Positions 9,869 through 20,587 of a stretch of 64,000 nt of DNA are shown in pieces. Position numbers and translations under genes: made by a program. Location: contig CAXXDN010000002.1 in assembly GCA_963667465.2 (NCBI GenBank), forward strand, positions 1,280,001-1,344,000, in the 5' to 3' direction. The notes under the pieces are model-generated. The model did no database searches, was not told the DNA's origin, and saw nothing but the letters and a program-made list of their open reading frames with translations. How positions within the stretch are numbered: the stretch's first letter is position 1; every line of letters begins with the position of its first letter. The DNA is from Dehalococcoidia bacterium. Lineage in GTDB: Bacteria > Chloroflexota > Dehalococcoidia > UBA2979.

Positions 9869-10708
9869 TCAGGACGCCTCGCTGCGCGGCGCGGCGCCAC
9901 CCTGCAACGGAAGCTCGCCCGCGGAGCCCTCGCCCGTCAGATCGAACAGCCGGCGCAGCTGCGGGCGCAGGCGCTCCTCGTCCACGTCCGTGAGCATCCG
10001 CCCCTGCGAGGCCAGCGAGATTGAGCCGCTCTCCTCGGAGACGGTGAGCACGACTGCGTCACTGCCCTCGGTGATGCCGAGGGCAGCGCGATGCCGCATA
10101 CCGAGGTCTGCCGGGAGCGGCGCCTCAGAGAGCGGCAGCGTGCAGCCGGCGGCGACGATCCGGTCCGAACGCACGATCACCGCGCCGTCGTGCAACGGCG
10201 TGCCGGGCGCGAAGATGCTGCCGAGGATCTCCGGCGTCAGCTCGGAACCAAGTGGCACGCCGGTGTCGATCACCTCCTGCAGCCCGGTCTCGCGCTCCAT
10301 CACGACGAGGGCGCCGTGGCGCTGCCGCGAGAGTCGCAGCGCCGAGCGCACGACGTGCTCGATGCTCTGCTCCTGCTGCGCGCGGACGAGCGAGGGCCGC
10401 CAGCCGGTGCGCCCCAGCCGCTCGAGGGCGCGGCGGATCTCTGGATGGAAGACGATGATCACGCCGATCACGAGACCGGTGATCGTGCGCTCCAGGATCC
10501 AGTTGACGACGCTCAGGTCGAAGATCCGGGCCAGCAGGAACGCGCCGAAGAGCAGCACGGAGACGCCGCGCAGCACGGTCATCGCCGTGGTGCCGCGCAG
10601 CAACAGCAGCAGCCAGTAGATCGCCGCCGTGATCAACAGGACGTCGAGCACGGCGCCCGCGTCGAGGCGTCCGGCGACATCGCGCACGCCGTCCGGGATT
10701 TCCGGCAC
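9869..10708 (-). CDS. cdaA: Diadenylate cyclase CdaA
   Basis: Three N-terminal TM helices, FHPEIRRALE, catalytic LHDGA and GMRHRAALG, VSEESG. Confidence 0.95.
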   Translation of the reverse strand: MPEIPDGVRDVAGRLDAGAVLDVLLITAAIYWLLLLLRGTTAMTVLRGVSVLLFGAFLLARIFDLSVVNWILERTITGLVIGVIIVFHPEIRRALERLGRTGWRPSLVRAQQEQSIEHVVRSALRLSRQRHGALVVMERETGLQEVIDTGVPLGSELTPEILGSIFAPGTPLHDGAVIVRSDRIVAAGCTLPLSEAPLPADLGMRHRAALGITEGSDAVVLTVSEESGSISLASQGRMLTDVDEERLRPQLRRLFDLTGEGSAGELPLQGGAAPRSEAS

Positions 10709-10774
10709 CTGGACGCCTCCTCTTCAGTGGACCGCGCGTGCCGGGGAAGGTGTGGTGCTCCCCGCAGCCCGGGA

Positions 10775-11692
10775 TCAGCCGGCGCTGCCGCCCAAGAGCC
10801 AGGCGAGCACCGCCTGCTGCATGTGCAAACGGTTCTCCGCCTGATCGAAGATCACCGAACGCGGCGACTCCATCACGCCGGCGCTGATTTCCTCGCCGCG
10901 ATGCGCCGGCATGTCGTGCATCACCAGCGCGTCCGGCGGAGCGGACTCGAGCAGCGCCTCGTCGAGGCGGAACGCCGCGAATGCCTCGATCCGGCTCTGC
11001 AGCTTGTCCTCGTCGCCCATCGAGGCCCACACGTCCGTGTAGACGGCGGCGACATCCGCGACCGCCGCCTCGGGATCACTGAAGCGCTCGACGCTGCCGC
11101 CCCCGGCAGCCGCGTGTGCGCGATCGAGGTCGGCGTCGCTCAGCGCGTAGCCCTCGGGCGAGGCGCAGCGCAGCTCGATGCCGGCCAGCACGCTCGCGTA
11201 GGCGAGCGCACGCGCGACGTTGTTGCCCTCCCCGAGGTAGGCGACCTTCAGGCCGCGCAGCGTCGAGAAGCGCTCGCGCAGCGTCAGCAGGTCGGCGAGC
11301 GCCTGGCAGGGATGCTCACGGTCGCTGAGGGCGTTGATCACCGGCACGCCGGCCCACTCCGCGAACTCGACGACCGTCTCATGCGAGTAGGTGCGCGCGG
11401 CGATGCCGTGCGTCATGCGCCCCAGCACCCGAGCGATGTCGCGCACCGGCTCGCGCTCGCCGGGGCCGATCTCCTGCGGGCCAAGGTAGATCGCGCGCCC
11501 GCCGAGGCGCTGCATCGCGACCTCGAAGGAGACACGCGTACGCAGCGAGGGCTTCTCGAAGACCAGCGCCAGCGACTGGCCCGCGAGCACGGGCCCGCAG
11601 CCGTCGCGCTTGATCGCGAGTGCCGCGTCAAGCAGATCGCCGAGTTCCCCCGGCGAGAGATCGAGGATCGAGGAAAGATGGCGGGGAGTCAC
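10775..11692 (-). CDS. argF: Ornithine carbamoyltransferase
   Basis: FEKPSLRTRVSF, HPCQALAD, DVWASMG, DQAENRLH. Confidence 0.9.
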   Translation of the reverse strand: MTPRHLSSILDLSPGELGDLLDAALAIKRDGCGPVLAGQSLALVFEKPSLRTRVSFEVAMQRLGGRAIYLGPQEIGPGEREPVRDIARVLGRMTHGIAARTYSHETVVEFAEWAGVPVINALSDREHPCQALADLLTLRERFSTLRGLKVAYLGEGNNVARALAYASVLAGIELRCASPEGYALSDADLDRAHAAAGGGSVERFSDPEAAVADVAAVYTDVWASMGDEDKLQSRIEAFAAFRLDEALLESAPPDALVMHDMPAHRGEEISAGVMESPRSVIFDQAENRLHMQQAVLAWLLGGSAG

Positions 11693-11735
11693 CGCTAGCT
11701 CCTGCTGTCCGGTGTGATTCGGTGGGTCGGCTGCC

Positions 11736-11757
11736 GTCCAGTATATGTCCAGTATAT
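11736..11757 (-). promoter_or_regulatory. Tandem 11-bp AT-rich duplication carrying two TATACT -10-like hexamers upstream of argF
   Basis: gtccagtatat x2 on plus strand; the minus strand reads atatactggac x2. Confidence 0.4.
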
Positions 11758-11821
11758 GCCGTCGAGCGGCTCGGACAGTATGCCGCGAAGGGACAAGACG
11801 CGCCGGCAGCGCTCGCGGGGT

Positions 11822-13180
11822 CTAGGCCGGAGCTTCGCCGGGGAACGCGGGTGGCGGGAGCAGATCGGCGACGGCGTTCGCCAGCTCCAGCAGCGACTGG
11901 TCGCCGCCGTGCCGGCCGACGAGCTGGACGCCGACCGGCAGGCCGCCCTCGCCCGCCCCGGCCGGGAGGGCGACGCAGGGCAAACGCAGCAGCGTCCAGA
12001 CGCGGTTGCAGAGCGGGTCGCCCGTCGTCGCGATGCCCGCCGGGGCCTCGCCGGGCGCGCTCGGCGTGAGGAAGGCGTCGAACTGCGCGAAGGTCTCGCT
12101 GACCGCCGCGCGGCAGTGCAGGGCCAGCGACTCGGCCGCGCTACGCTCGGCGGCGCCGAGGGCGTGCCCGCGTTCGATCAGCTCGCGCAGCGCGGAGCTG
12201 AGGCCGTCGCGCCGATCGCGGTACTCGGTTGCGAACGCGCTCGCCGCACCCGCAGCGACGATCACGTCCCAGGCATCGCCCAGCCCGTCGCACTCCGCCG
12301 GAAGATCGAGGTCGGAGACCTGTCCACCTGCGGCGGCGATCGTCGCGGCCGTCTCCTCGATGGCGCGCTGCCCGGTCGGCGAGACGCGCCCCCACTCCGG
12401 CGTGCGCACCACGCCGATGCGCAGCGGCTGCGTGGGCGGCTCCAGCGCCGCGGACTGCGTGGTGCTGAGCACCGCGCCGACGAGCGCGAGGTCCTCGATG
12501 CTGCGCGCGAACCAGCCGACCGTGTCGAGCGCGGTGGCCAGCGGGTGAACGCCGTCGCTGTTGACGAAGCCGTAGGTCGGCTTGAACGCAAAGATGCCGC
12601 AGAAGGCAGCCGGCCGAATCGTCGAACCGCCAGTCTGGGAGCCGAGGGCGATCGGAACCATGCCATCGGCGACGGCCGCCGCGGAACCGCTCGACGATCC
12701 GCCGGGGGTGTGCGCGGGCTGGTGCGGATTGCGCGTTGGGCCGGGCGTGCGGAAGGCGAACTCGGTGGTGACGGTCTTGCCGAGGACCAGCGCACCGGCC
12801 TCGCGCAGCGCTGCGACCGCGCCGCAGTCGCGCGCGGCCTGGTGGTCCTCGTAGAGCGGCGAGCCGTACCGGGTCGGTAGCTCGGCGGTGTCGAAGATGT
12901 CCTTCACGCCGAACGGCACGCCGTGCAGCGGACCGGCCGGCGTGGCTGCGTCGGCCGCCCGCGCGCGCTCGAGGGCGTCGTCCGGATCGATCGCCGCCCA
13001 GGCGCGGATCAGCGGCTCGCGCTCCTCGGTGCGTGCGAGGCAGGCGCGTACAAGCGCCTCGGAGGTCAGCGAGCCCTCCGCGATGCGCCGCGCGGCCTCG
13101 CTCGCGGTGAGGTGGACGGGGTCACTGCTGTGGTCGTTCGGTGTTGTCACGGGTCGGGGCTCCTCCGGCGCGGCGCTCAC
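11822..13180 (-). CDS. Amidase signature family protein
   Basis: PFGVKD, GKTVTTEFA, PGGSSSGSAAAVA, GSQTGGSTIRPA. Confidence 0.93.
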   Translation of the reverse strand: MSAAPEEPRPVTTPNDHSSDPVHLTASEAARRIAEGSLTSEALVRACLARTEEREPLIRAWAAIDPDDALERARAADAATPAGPLHGVPFGVKDIFDTAELPTRYGSPLYEDHQAARDCGAVAALREAGALVLGKTVTTEFAFRTPGPTRNPHQPAHTPGGSSSGSAAAVADGMVPIALGSQTGGSTIRPAAFCGIFAFKPTYGFVNSDGVHPLATALDTVGWFARSIEDLALVGAVLSTTQSAALEPPTQPLRIGVVRTPEWGRVSPTGQRAIEETAATIAAAGGQVSDLDLPAECDGLGDAWDVIVAAGAASAFATEYRDRRDGLSSALRELIERGHALGAAERSAAESLALHCRAAVSETFAQFDAFLTPSAPGEAPAGIATTGDPLCNRVWTLLRLPCVALPAGAGEGGLPVGVQLVGRHGGDQSLLELANAVADLLPPPAFPGEAPA

Positions 13181-13252
13181 GTTATGCTACGCGCCGCCGC
13201 GCCCTGCAGGCAGGCGCGCGAGGCATCCCGCACGCAGCGGAGGGGATGAACC

Positions 13253-13549
13253 ATGGCCCAACGGCGGATCCCGCGCCCGTTCAATCTGCTCTGGGGCGGC
13301 GGCAGGATCGTCGAGGAGGCGTCGATCGAGGGCGGCCTCCACGCGCCCTCGCTGCAACTGATGCGCTACGAGACCGGCGAGAAGGCCGGCCAGTTGGCGA
13401 TCCGCTTCGCCGCCTACGACCCCGAGGGGGAACTTGAACGGCGCCCCTTGATCATCAACGAGCGCGAGCTGCGGCCGCTTCGCAAGGAGCTGGATCGCTC
13501 GCCACGGCTCAAGGCGCTGTTGCGCCAGTTGATCGAGGACGACGAGTAG
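13253..13549 (+). CDS. Hypothetical protein
   Basis: GGAGG RBS, coding-like codon bias, fills the gap before comEA. Confidence 0.7.
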   Translation: MAQRRIPRPFNLLWGGGRIVEEASIEGGLHAPSLQLMRYETGEKAGQLAIRFAAYDPEGELERRPLIINERELRPLRKELDRSPRLKALLRQLIEDDE

Positions 13550-13566
13550 CCGGCGCACTCGAGCGC

Positions 13567-14115
13567 GTGTTGCACCTCCACCAGCTTCGTGGGCTGCCAG
13601 GCGCCCGCGCCGCCCTCCAGATCGCGCTCGGCCTTGCGATCGTCGCGGCGCTCGCCGTTCTCGCGCTGCGCTCGGGAGACACGCGCGGCATCGAGATCGA
13701 GCGGCGCGATCCGAGCCCCGGCGTCGATGAGATCCGGGTCGACGTCTCGGGCGCGGTGTTGCAGCCGCAGGTGGTCGTCGCCTCGCCCGGTGACCGTGTC
13801 GCCGACGCAATCGCCCTCGCCGGCGGGCTCGTCGCGGACGCCGACACCGCCCCGCTCAACCTCTCGCGCCGCGTCGTCGACGAGGACGCCGTGCGTGTGC
13901 CGAGGATCGGCGAGGCCGTGGCGCTGCTCGACGTGAACAGCGCCACGCGCGTGGACCTCGAGGCGCTCCCCGGCATCGGTGCTGCCTACGCGGCGGCGAT
14001 CGTCGCGGAGCGCGAGCGCGCCGGCCCGTACGAGACGACGGACGACCTCACCGCGCGCGGCGCGATCCCGGAGCACGTCTACGAGGGCATCCGCGACATG
14101 GTCACGGCGCGATGA
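13567..14115 (+). CDS. comEA: Competence DNA-binding protein ComEA
   Basis: TM anchor, SLBB-like VDVSGAV...DAIALAGG, HhH DVNSATRVDLEALPGIG. Confidence 0.9.
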   Translation: MLHLHQLRGLPGARAALQIALGLAIVAALAVLALRSGDTRGIEIERRDPSPGVDEIRVDVSGAVLQPQVVVASPGDRVADAIALAGGLVADADTAPLNLSRRVVDEDAVRVPRIGEAVALLDVNSATRVDLEALPGIGAAYAAAIVAERERAGPYETTDDLTARGAIPEHVYEGIRDMVTAR

Positions 14116-16424
14116 CGGAGCGCGTTCCCGCCCTTCCGCTGGCGGCGGCGGCGTTCATCGTCGGCTCCATCGGCGGAGTGCTGGTCGGCGGGCCATGGCC
14201 GCTGATGCTGCTGGCCGCGCTTGCCATCGCCTCGGCCGCCGTGCTGCTGCACCGCGGGTGGGGCAGCCGCACGCTGCTCGTGCTGCTCGCCGTCGCCGCG
14301 CTCGCCGCGGCCGGCCACGCGCGGGGCAGCGAGGCCGACGCGACGCCGCCGCCGCCCCTCGCCAGCCTCGAGGGCGTGCACGAGATCACGGGCGTGGTGC
14401 GCTCCGACCCGCGGTTGTCGGGCGCGATCACGCGCATCGATCTGCGCGTCGAGTCGATCGGCGGCGCGGCGGCCGAGGGCGGCCTGCGGCTCACCCTGCC
14501 GACGCCGCGACAGCCGCTACGGGCGGGCGACCGCATCGCGGCGAGGGTCGAGGTCGAGCGTCCCGGCGCGTTCGAGGAGTTCGACTACGCAGCGTTCCTG
14601 CGCAGCCGCGGCATCCACGCCATCGCCGCCTACCCGGAGCGCTGGACGCTGCTCGAACGCGACGCCGAGCACGCGCTGGTCGACGCGCTGCGCGGGCTGC
14701 GGCGCTGGGCGCTCGGCAACATCGAGCGCGCCCTGCCGGAGCCGGAGGCGTCGCTGGCGGCGGGCATGCTGCTCGGACGGCAGCGGACGATGCCCGCGGG
14801 CCTCGAGGAGGACCTGCGCCGCACCGGCACGACGCACCTGCTGGTGGTCTCCGGGCAGAACATCGCGCTGCTCCTCGGGACGGCCGTCGGGCTGCTGAGC
14901 GCGGTCGTCGCGAGGCGGCAGGCGGCGCTGATCGCGCTGGCGCTGCTGCCCGGCTACGTGGTGCTCACGGGCGCCGAGCCTCCGGTGGTGCGAGCAGCAA
15001 TCATGGCCGTCGGCATCGCGATCGCCGCGCTCTCGGGGAGGCGCACGCCCGCCTGGATCTACCTGCTCTACGCGCTCGCGCTGATGCTCGCGCTGCGGCC
15101 GCTGCTGATTCGCGACGTCGCCTTCCAACTCAGTGCGACGGCGACCGCCGGCGTGCTGCTGCTCGCACCGCCGCTGCGTGACCGCGCCCTCGCGCGCCTC
15201 GGCGTCGCGCCGTCCGGCCTTGCGACCGGATTCGTCGAGGGCGCCGCGGTCGCCGTCGGCGCCTCGCTCGCGGTACTGCCGGTGCAAGCCGCCGCCTTCG
15301 GGACGCTGCCGCTGCTGCAGGCGCCCGCCAACGTCGTCGTCGCGCCGCTCTACGAGGCGACGGTGCTGGTCGCCGTGATCGCGGCGCTGTTCGGCTGGCT
15401 CGCTCCCGTCGCGCGGTTCGTCGAGGTCGCCGGCGTGTTCGCGCCGGCCGCCTTCGTCGCCGCCGTCGAGGCGCTGGCGGCGTTGCCGCTCTCAATGGTG
15501 GAGCTACGGCCGCCGCCCCTTGCGGCCGCGGGCTGGTTCGCGCTGCTCGGCGGCCTCGTCTGGCTGCTCAATCGCGGGACGACGCAGATCTCGCTGCCGG
15601 GGCAGCGAGCGCGCCTCGCTGCGCCGGTCGCGCTCGCGGCGGCCGCCGTGGGGCTCTGGCTGGCGGTGCTCACGCCCCCGGACGGGCTGGCGAGCGTAAC
15701 CGTGCTCGACGTCGGGCAGGGGTCGGCGATCCTCGTGCGCGACGGCGGGGCGGCCGTGCTGGTGGACACCGGTCCGGGCGACGGCGCGGTGCTGACTGCG
15801 TTGCCGCGCGCCCTCGAGGGCCGCAGTCTCGACGCCATACTGCTTACGCACGGCGACAGCGACCACTCCGGCGGGCTCGCCGAGCTGGAGCGCCGCCTCC
15901 GCGTCGGCGTGTTGCTCGCCAGCGAGGGCACGCTTGCCGTCGTCGCTCCGGAGGGCGCCTCGGCGGGGACACAGGCACTCGACATCGGCGACCGCATCCG
16001 GCTCAGTGAGCGGACCTCGATCGCGGTGCTCTCGCCGCCGGTCGTCACGGGCGGGCGTGAGCACCGCGGCCCCAACAACCGCTCGCTCGTGCTGCTCGTG
16101 ACTATCGGCGAGCGGCGGATCCTGCTGCCCGCGGACATCGAGGCGCCCGCCGAGCAGTGGCTGGCCTCGAGCGGGCAGGATCTGCGAGCAGACGCGCTGG
16201 TGCTCCCGCACCACGGCTCGCGCACCTCGTCGAGCGCGGTCTTCATCGCAGCGGTCGAGCCGCGGGTCGCGATCGCCTCGGTCGGTGCGCGCAACCCGCA
16301 CGGCCATCCGCACGCGGATGTGGTCGCGCGCTACGCGGGGATCGCGCTCTTCCGCACCGACGAACACGGCGACGTGACGTTGCGCTCCGACGGCGAACGG
16401 CTCTGGGTACGGAGCTCGCGCTGA
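14112..16424 (+). CDS. comEC: DNA uptake channel ComEC/Rec2
   Basis: HLLVVSGQN, PPVVRAAIM, FQLS, LDVGQG, THGDSDH, PHHGS, GHPH. Confidence 0.95.
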   Translation: MTERVPALPLAAAAFIVGSIGGVLVGGPWPLMLLAALAIASAAVLLHRGWGSRTLLVLLAVAALAAAGHARGSEADATPPPPLASLEGVHEITGVVRSDPRLSGAITRIDLRVESIGGAAAEGGLRLTLPTPRQPLRAGDRIAARVEVERPGAFEEFDYAAFLRSRGIHAIAAYPERWTLLERDAEHALVDALRGLRRWALGNIERALPEPEASLAAGMLLGRQRTMPAGLEEDLRRTGTTHLLVVSGQNIALLLGTAVGLLSAVVARRQAALIALALLPGYVVLTGAEPPVVRAAIMAVGIAIAALSGRRTPAWIYLLYALALMLALRPLLIRDVAFQLSATATAGVLLLAPPLRDRALARLGVAPSGLATGFVEGAAVAVGASLAVLPVQAAAFGTLPLLQAPANVVVAPLYEATVLVAVIAALFGWLAPVARFVEVAGVFAPAAFVAAVEALAALPLSMVELRPPPLAAAGWFALLGGLVWLLNRGTTQISLPGQRARLAAPVALAAAAVGLWLAVLTPPDGLASVTVLDVGQGSAILVRDGGAAVLVDTGPGDGAVLTALPRALEGRSLDAILLTHGDSDHSGGLAELERRLRVGVLLASEGTLAVVAPEGASAGTQALDIGDRIRLSERTSIAVLSPPVVTGGREHRGPNNRSLVLLVTIGERRILLPADIEAPAEQWLASSGQDLRADALVLPHHGSRTSSSAVFIAAVEPRVAIASVGARNPHGHPHADVVARYAGIALFRTDEHGDVTLRSDGERLWVRSSR

Positions 16425-16467
16425 TCGCGTGCTAGGGTGAATCGAAGGCAACGAGCGGGGGCCAGCG

Positions 16468-17208
16468 ATGGTCAGTCGGCGGCACGGGCGCGGCCTCGAG
16501 GAACTGCGGTCGCTCACGATCGAGACCGGCGTGCTGCGGCACGCCGAGGGCTCCGCGCTGATCTCGATGGGCGATACGCGCGTGCTCTGCGCGGCGAGCG
16601 TCGAGCCCGGCGTACCGCGCTGGCTTCGAGGCACCGGCTCCGGTTGGGTGACCGCGGAGTACGGGATGCTGCCGCGCGCGACGCACACGCGCGGCCGCCG
16701 CGAGGCGCGCGAGGGCAGGCAGAGCGGACGCTCGCAGGAGATCCAGCGCCTGATCGGCCGCTCGCTGCGCGCGGCGCTGGACCTCGACCGCCTCGGCGAG
16801 CAGACGATCACCGTCGATTGCGACGTCATCCAGGCCGACGGCGGCACCCGCTGCGCGGCGGTCACCGGCGGCTGGGTCGCGCTGGCGCTGGCGGTCGACT
16901 GGCTCGACCGTGGCGGCGCAATCGCCGCCTCGCCGCTGACGACGCAGGTCGCTGCGATCTCGGTCGGCCTCAGCGGGGGGAGCGCGCTGCTCGACCTCGA
17001 CTACGACGAGGATTCGAGCGCGGAGACGGACTTCAACGTCGTGCAGCTCGGCACCGGCAAGCTCGTCGAGGTGCAGGGCACGGCCGAGCGCGCGCCGTTC
17101 TCCCGCGGCGACCTCGATCGCGTCGTCGCGGTCGCAACGGAGGGCATCGCGGAGCTGTTCGAGGCGCAACGCGAGGCGGTCGCCGCGGAGCGCGCGGCTC
17201 AGCGCTGA
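16468..17208 (+). CDS. rph: Ribonuclease PH
   Basis: [48 protein letters not shown]. Confidence 0.97.
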   Translation: MVSRRHGRGLEELRSLTIETGVLRHAEGSALISMGDTRVLCAASVEPGVPRWLRGTGSGWVTAEYGMLPRATHTRGRREAREGRQSGRSQEIQRLIGRSLRAALDLDRLGEQTITVDCDVIQADGGTRCAAVTGGWVALALAVDWLDRGGAIAASPLTTQVAAISVGLSGGSALLDLDYDEDSSAETDFNVVQLGTGKLVEVQGTAERAPFSRGDLDRVVAVATEGIAELFEAQREAVAAERAAQR

Positions 17209-17212
17209 GCCG

Positions 17213-17572
17213 CTACCAGAAGCCGCCGGGGTTCACGTAGTCGCCGAGGAACGTGCCGCCCAGCACGTGGATGTGCGCGTGCTCCTGCGACTGCTTGGCC
17301 TCCCAGCCGGCGTTCGAGACCAGCCGGTAGCCGTTCGGGCAGTGCTCGCGCCCCACTTCCGAGGCGATACGCCCCACCTCGGCGAGCAGGTCGCTCTCCC
17401 AGAGCTGCTCCTGGGTCATGTGCTCCCGGGGTACGGCGAGCAGCATCACCGGCACCCAGCGCAGCTGGTTGCGGAAGACGATCACGCGCTCGGAGTCGTG
17501 GAGCACGTCGGCCGGGGCCTGGCCGGCGATGATCCGGCAGAAGATGCAGTAGCGCTCGAATGTGATCGGCAA
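17213..17572 (-). CDS. HIT family nucleotide hydrolase
   Basis: CIFCRII, HAHIHVLGG histidine triad. Confidence 0.92.
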   Translation of the reverse strand: MPITFERYCIFCRIIAGQAPADVLHDSERVIVFRNQLRWVPVMLLAVPREHMTQEQLWESDLLAEVGRIASEVGREHCPNGYRLVSNAGWEAKQSQEHAHIHVLGGTFLGDYVNPGGFW

Positions 17573-17673
17573 TACCTTCCACGCGGGCGCGCTGTGGCCC
17601 GGCGAACGCTCCGCCGCAGCCTAACCGCGGCCCGCCGGGAGCGGCTACCCCGGCGCAATCGAGGAGACCTCCC

Positions 17674-18954
17674 ATCGTCGAGATCGCCCCCTTCCGCGGA
17701 CTCCGCTACGACCCCTCGCGCGTGAACCCGGACGCCGTCATCGCCCCGCCCTACGACGTGGTCGACGAGGACGAGGTGGCCGCCCTGCACGCCAGCTCGC
17801 CCTACAACATCGGTCGCGTCGAGGCGCCTCGCGGCGGCGGCGAGCGCTTCGAGGGCGCGGCGGCTGCGCTGCGCGCATGGGAGGCCGAGGGCGTCCTGCT
17901 GCGCGAGGCCGCACCCGCGCTCTACGCCTACGAGCAGCGCACGCGCATCGAGGGCGACGCTGGCCCGCCCCGCGTCCGGCGGGGCTACTTCGCGCGGCTG
18001 CGCCTGACCCCCTATGAGGCCGGCGAGGTGCTGCCGCACGAGCGCACGATGGCCGCACCGAAAGCGGAGCGGCTGGCGCTCATGGAGGCGACGCAGGCGA
18101 ACGTGAGCCCGATCCTCGTGATCTCCGGTGCGAACACGGACGCGACGACGCTGCTCGCAGAGGTCGCCGCGCGCGAGCCGGCGTTCGCTGCCACGGACGG
18201 CCGGGGCGACGAGCACCGGCTCTGGGTGATCGACGACCCCTCGGAGATCGCGCGGCTCGTCGAGGCGGCCGCAGCCGCGCCGGTCACGATCGCCGATGGC
18301 CACCACCGCTACGAGACGGCGCTCGAACACCTCGCAGGCCGCGACGAGGAGGGGCGCCGCTGGATGCTCGCCTGCCTCGTGCCCGCGAACGCTCCGGGCC
18401 TCGACATCTTCCCCACGCACCGCCTCGTGCCCGGCGCGGATGTGTCCGCGCGTCTTGTCGGAGGCATCGAGGCCCGCTACGACATCGAGCCGCTCGCGCC
18501 GGGCGGCGCGGGCGCCGAGGCCGCCGGGCGGCTCTGGGAGGCCGTGCAGGCGGAGGCGTCGCAACCCGGCACGTTCGGCGTCATCGGGCTCCCGGGCGGC
18601 GGGCTGCACCTGCTGCGCCCTCGTTCGCCCGAGGAGATCGACGCGCTGATGCCCGCCGAGTGGTCCGCGGCGTCACGCGCGCTCGACGCGCAGATCCTCA
18701 ACCAGACGATCCTCGAGCCGCTGCTCGGCATCGACGCCGCGGAGCTGCGCGCGGGACGCGTGCAGTTCAGCGAGGACGCCGCACACGCCGCGGAGTGGGT
18801 ACGGGCCGAGCCGGGCCGCCTCGCCTTCCTCGTCAATCCGCCGAGCGTCGATCGGGTCGTCGCGATGGCGAGCGCCGGCGGCGTGATGCCGCAGAAGGCG
18901 ACCTATTTCTACCCGAAGCTCGCGACGGGGATGGTCCTCAACCGCCTCGACTGA
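17674..18954 (+). CDS. DUF1015 family protein (probable ATC start)
   Basis: EIAPFRGLRY N-terminus lies upstream of the track start; PPYDV, PHERT, IADGHHRYETA, MPQKATYFYPK. Confidence 0.9.
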   Translation: MVEIAPFRGLRYDPSRVNPDAVIAPPYDVVDEDEVAALHASSPYNIGRVEAPRGGGERFEGAAAALRAWEAEGVLLREAAPALYAYEQRTRIEGDAGPPRVRRGYFARLRLTPYEAGEVLPHERTMAAPKAERLALMEATQANVSPILVISGANTDATTLLAEVAAREPAFAATDGRGDEHRLWVIDDPSEIARLVEAAAAAPVTIADGHHRYETALEHLAGRDEEGRRWMLACLVPANAPGLDIFPTHRLVPGADVSARLVGGIEARYDIEPLAPGGAGAEAAGRLWEAVQAEASQPGTFGVIGLPGGGLHLLRPRSPEEIDALMPAEWSAASRALDAQILNQTILEPLLGIDAAELRAGRVQFSEDAAHAAEWVRAEPGRLAFLVNPPSVDRVVAMASAGGVMPQKATYFYPKLATGMVLNRLD

Positions 18955-18980
18955 CCGCGCGGGCCGGCCGCGAACTACAG

Positions 18981-20561
18981 CTAGGTAAGGTTGATCTGCC
19001 GCACGCCGGAGATCGCGTCGAGCGTCTCGAGGGCGGCGCGCTCGGAGGCTGTCAGCGGGCGGTCGATGCCGAGCACCATCAGCGCCCGGCCCTCCTCGCC
19101 GCTGGCCACGGACATGAAGTTGATGTTGATCGACCAGTCGCCGAGCAGGCTGCCGACGCGCCCGACCATGCCGGGCCGGTCGACGTTCTCGACCGCGAGC
19201 ACGTAGGGCGCCGCGCCGGGGGCGAACTCGACCTCGAAGCCGTCGATGCCGACGATGCGCACGCCAGCCTGTGTGTGGGTGGCGGACACGCCGGTGGAGC
19301 CGCCGTCCGAGATGACGCGCACGACCACGAGGTTCGCGTAGGGCTCACGTGCCGCGCCGCGGTCCTCGACGATGCCGATGCCGTGCTGCCGCGCCTCCTG
19401 GTCGGCGTTGACGATCGTCACCTTGCCGTGCGAGACGGGCTCCAGCACGCCAACGATCGCGGCCGCGCGCAGCGGGCCCACCTCGTGGTTCGCGATCTCG
19501 CCGAGGTAGTCGATGCGCAGCTGCGCTAGCTGGCCGCCCTGCAGCTGGGACGCGACGCTCGCGGCGACCTCGGCAGCGTCGAGGTAGGGGCCGATGATCG
19601 CCATCGTCTCCGGGTCCACCAGCGGCGCGTTGACGGCGAAGCGGGCGGGCCGCCCCGCGAGCACCGCCAGCACCTCGTCGACCACCTCGACGGCGGCGCG
19701 GTCCTGCGCCTCGGCCGTGGAGGCGGCGAGGTGCGGCGTGACGACGACGCCGGAGGTGGTCGTGAGCACGTTGCCGATCGCCGGTTCCTCGCTGAAGACG
19801 TCGATCGCGGCCCCGGCGATCACGCCGCCCTCGACGGCTTCGTGCAGGGCCTGCTCGTCGACGAGCGCGCCGCGCGCGGTGTTCACGAGGTAGGCGCCCG
19901 GCTTCATGCGCGCCAGCTGTTCGCTGCCGATCAGGCCGCGCGTGCCCTCGTGCAGCGCGGTGTGCAGCGTCACGAAATCGGACTGCTCCAGCAGCTCGTC
20001 GAGCGAGACCAGCTCGACGCCAAGTGAGGCCGCGCGCTCGCTGGAGACGAACGGGTCGTGCGCGACGACGCGCATCTCGAAGGCGCGCGCGCGCTGGGCC
20101 ACGCCCGAGCCGATGCGCCCGAGGCCAACCACGCCGAGCGTGTGCCCGGCCAGCTCGACGCCCTGCAGCCTGCTGCGCTCCCAGCGCCCCTCGCGCAGCG
20201 AGGCGTGGCCCTGCGGCACGTTGCGCGCGACCGCGAGCAGCATCGCGAAGGCGTGCTCGATGGCGGACAGGGTGTTGGACAGCGGCGCGTTGACGACGAC
20301 GACGCCGCGCGCCGTCGCCGCAGCGAGGTCGATGTTGTCGACGCCGACGCCGGCGCGGCCAATCACCTCGAGCTGAGGGGCGGCCTCGATCACGCGCGCG
20401 GTCACCTGGGTCTGGCTGCGCACGATGATGCCGGTCACCTCGGCGACGGCCTCGACGAGTTCGTCCTCGCTCAGGCCGGTGCGGACGACGGTGTCGTGAC
20501 GTTCCCGCAGGCGCTCGATGCCCTGTTCGGCGATCTGGTCGGCGACGAGGACGGTCGCCAT
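18981..20561 (-). CDS. serA: D-3-phosphoglycerate dehydrogenase with C-terminal regulatory/ACT domains
   Basis: GRAGVGVDNID, GLGRIG, NTARG, TPHLAAST, C-terminal DRPGMVG; start MATVLVAD. Confidence 0.95.
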   Translation of the reverse strand: MATVLVADQIAEQGIERLRERHDTVVRTGLSEDELVEAVAEVTGIIVRSQTQVTARVIEAAPQLEVIGRAGVGVDNIDLAAATARGVVVVNAPLSNTLSAIEHAFAMLLAVARNVPQGHASLREGRWERSRLQGVELAGHTLGVVGLGRIGSGVAQRARAFEMRVVAHDPFVSSERAASLGVELVSLDELLEQSDFVTLHTALHEGTRGLIGSEQLARMKPGAYLVNTARGALVDEQALHEAVEGGVIAGAAIDVFSEEPAIGNVLTTTSGVVVTPHLAASTAEAQDRAAVEVVDEVLAVLAGRPARFAVNAPLVDPETMAIIGPYLDAAEVAASVASQLQGGQLAQLRIDYLGEIANHEVGPLRAAAIVGVLEPVSHGKVTIVNADQEARQHGIGIVEDRGAAREPYANLVVVRVISDGGSTGVSATHTQAGVRIVGIDGFEVEFAPGAAPYVLAVENVDRPGMVGRVGSLLGDWSININFMSVASGEEGRALMVLGIDRPLTASERAALETLDAISGVRQINLT

Positions 20562-20587
20562 CGAGCGGGCCTCCGTCGCTCCGCGCG

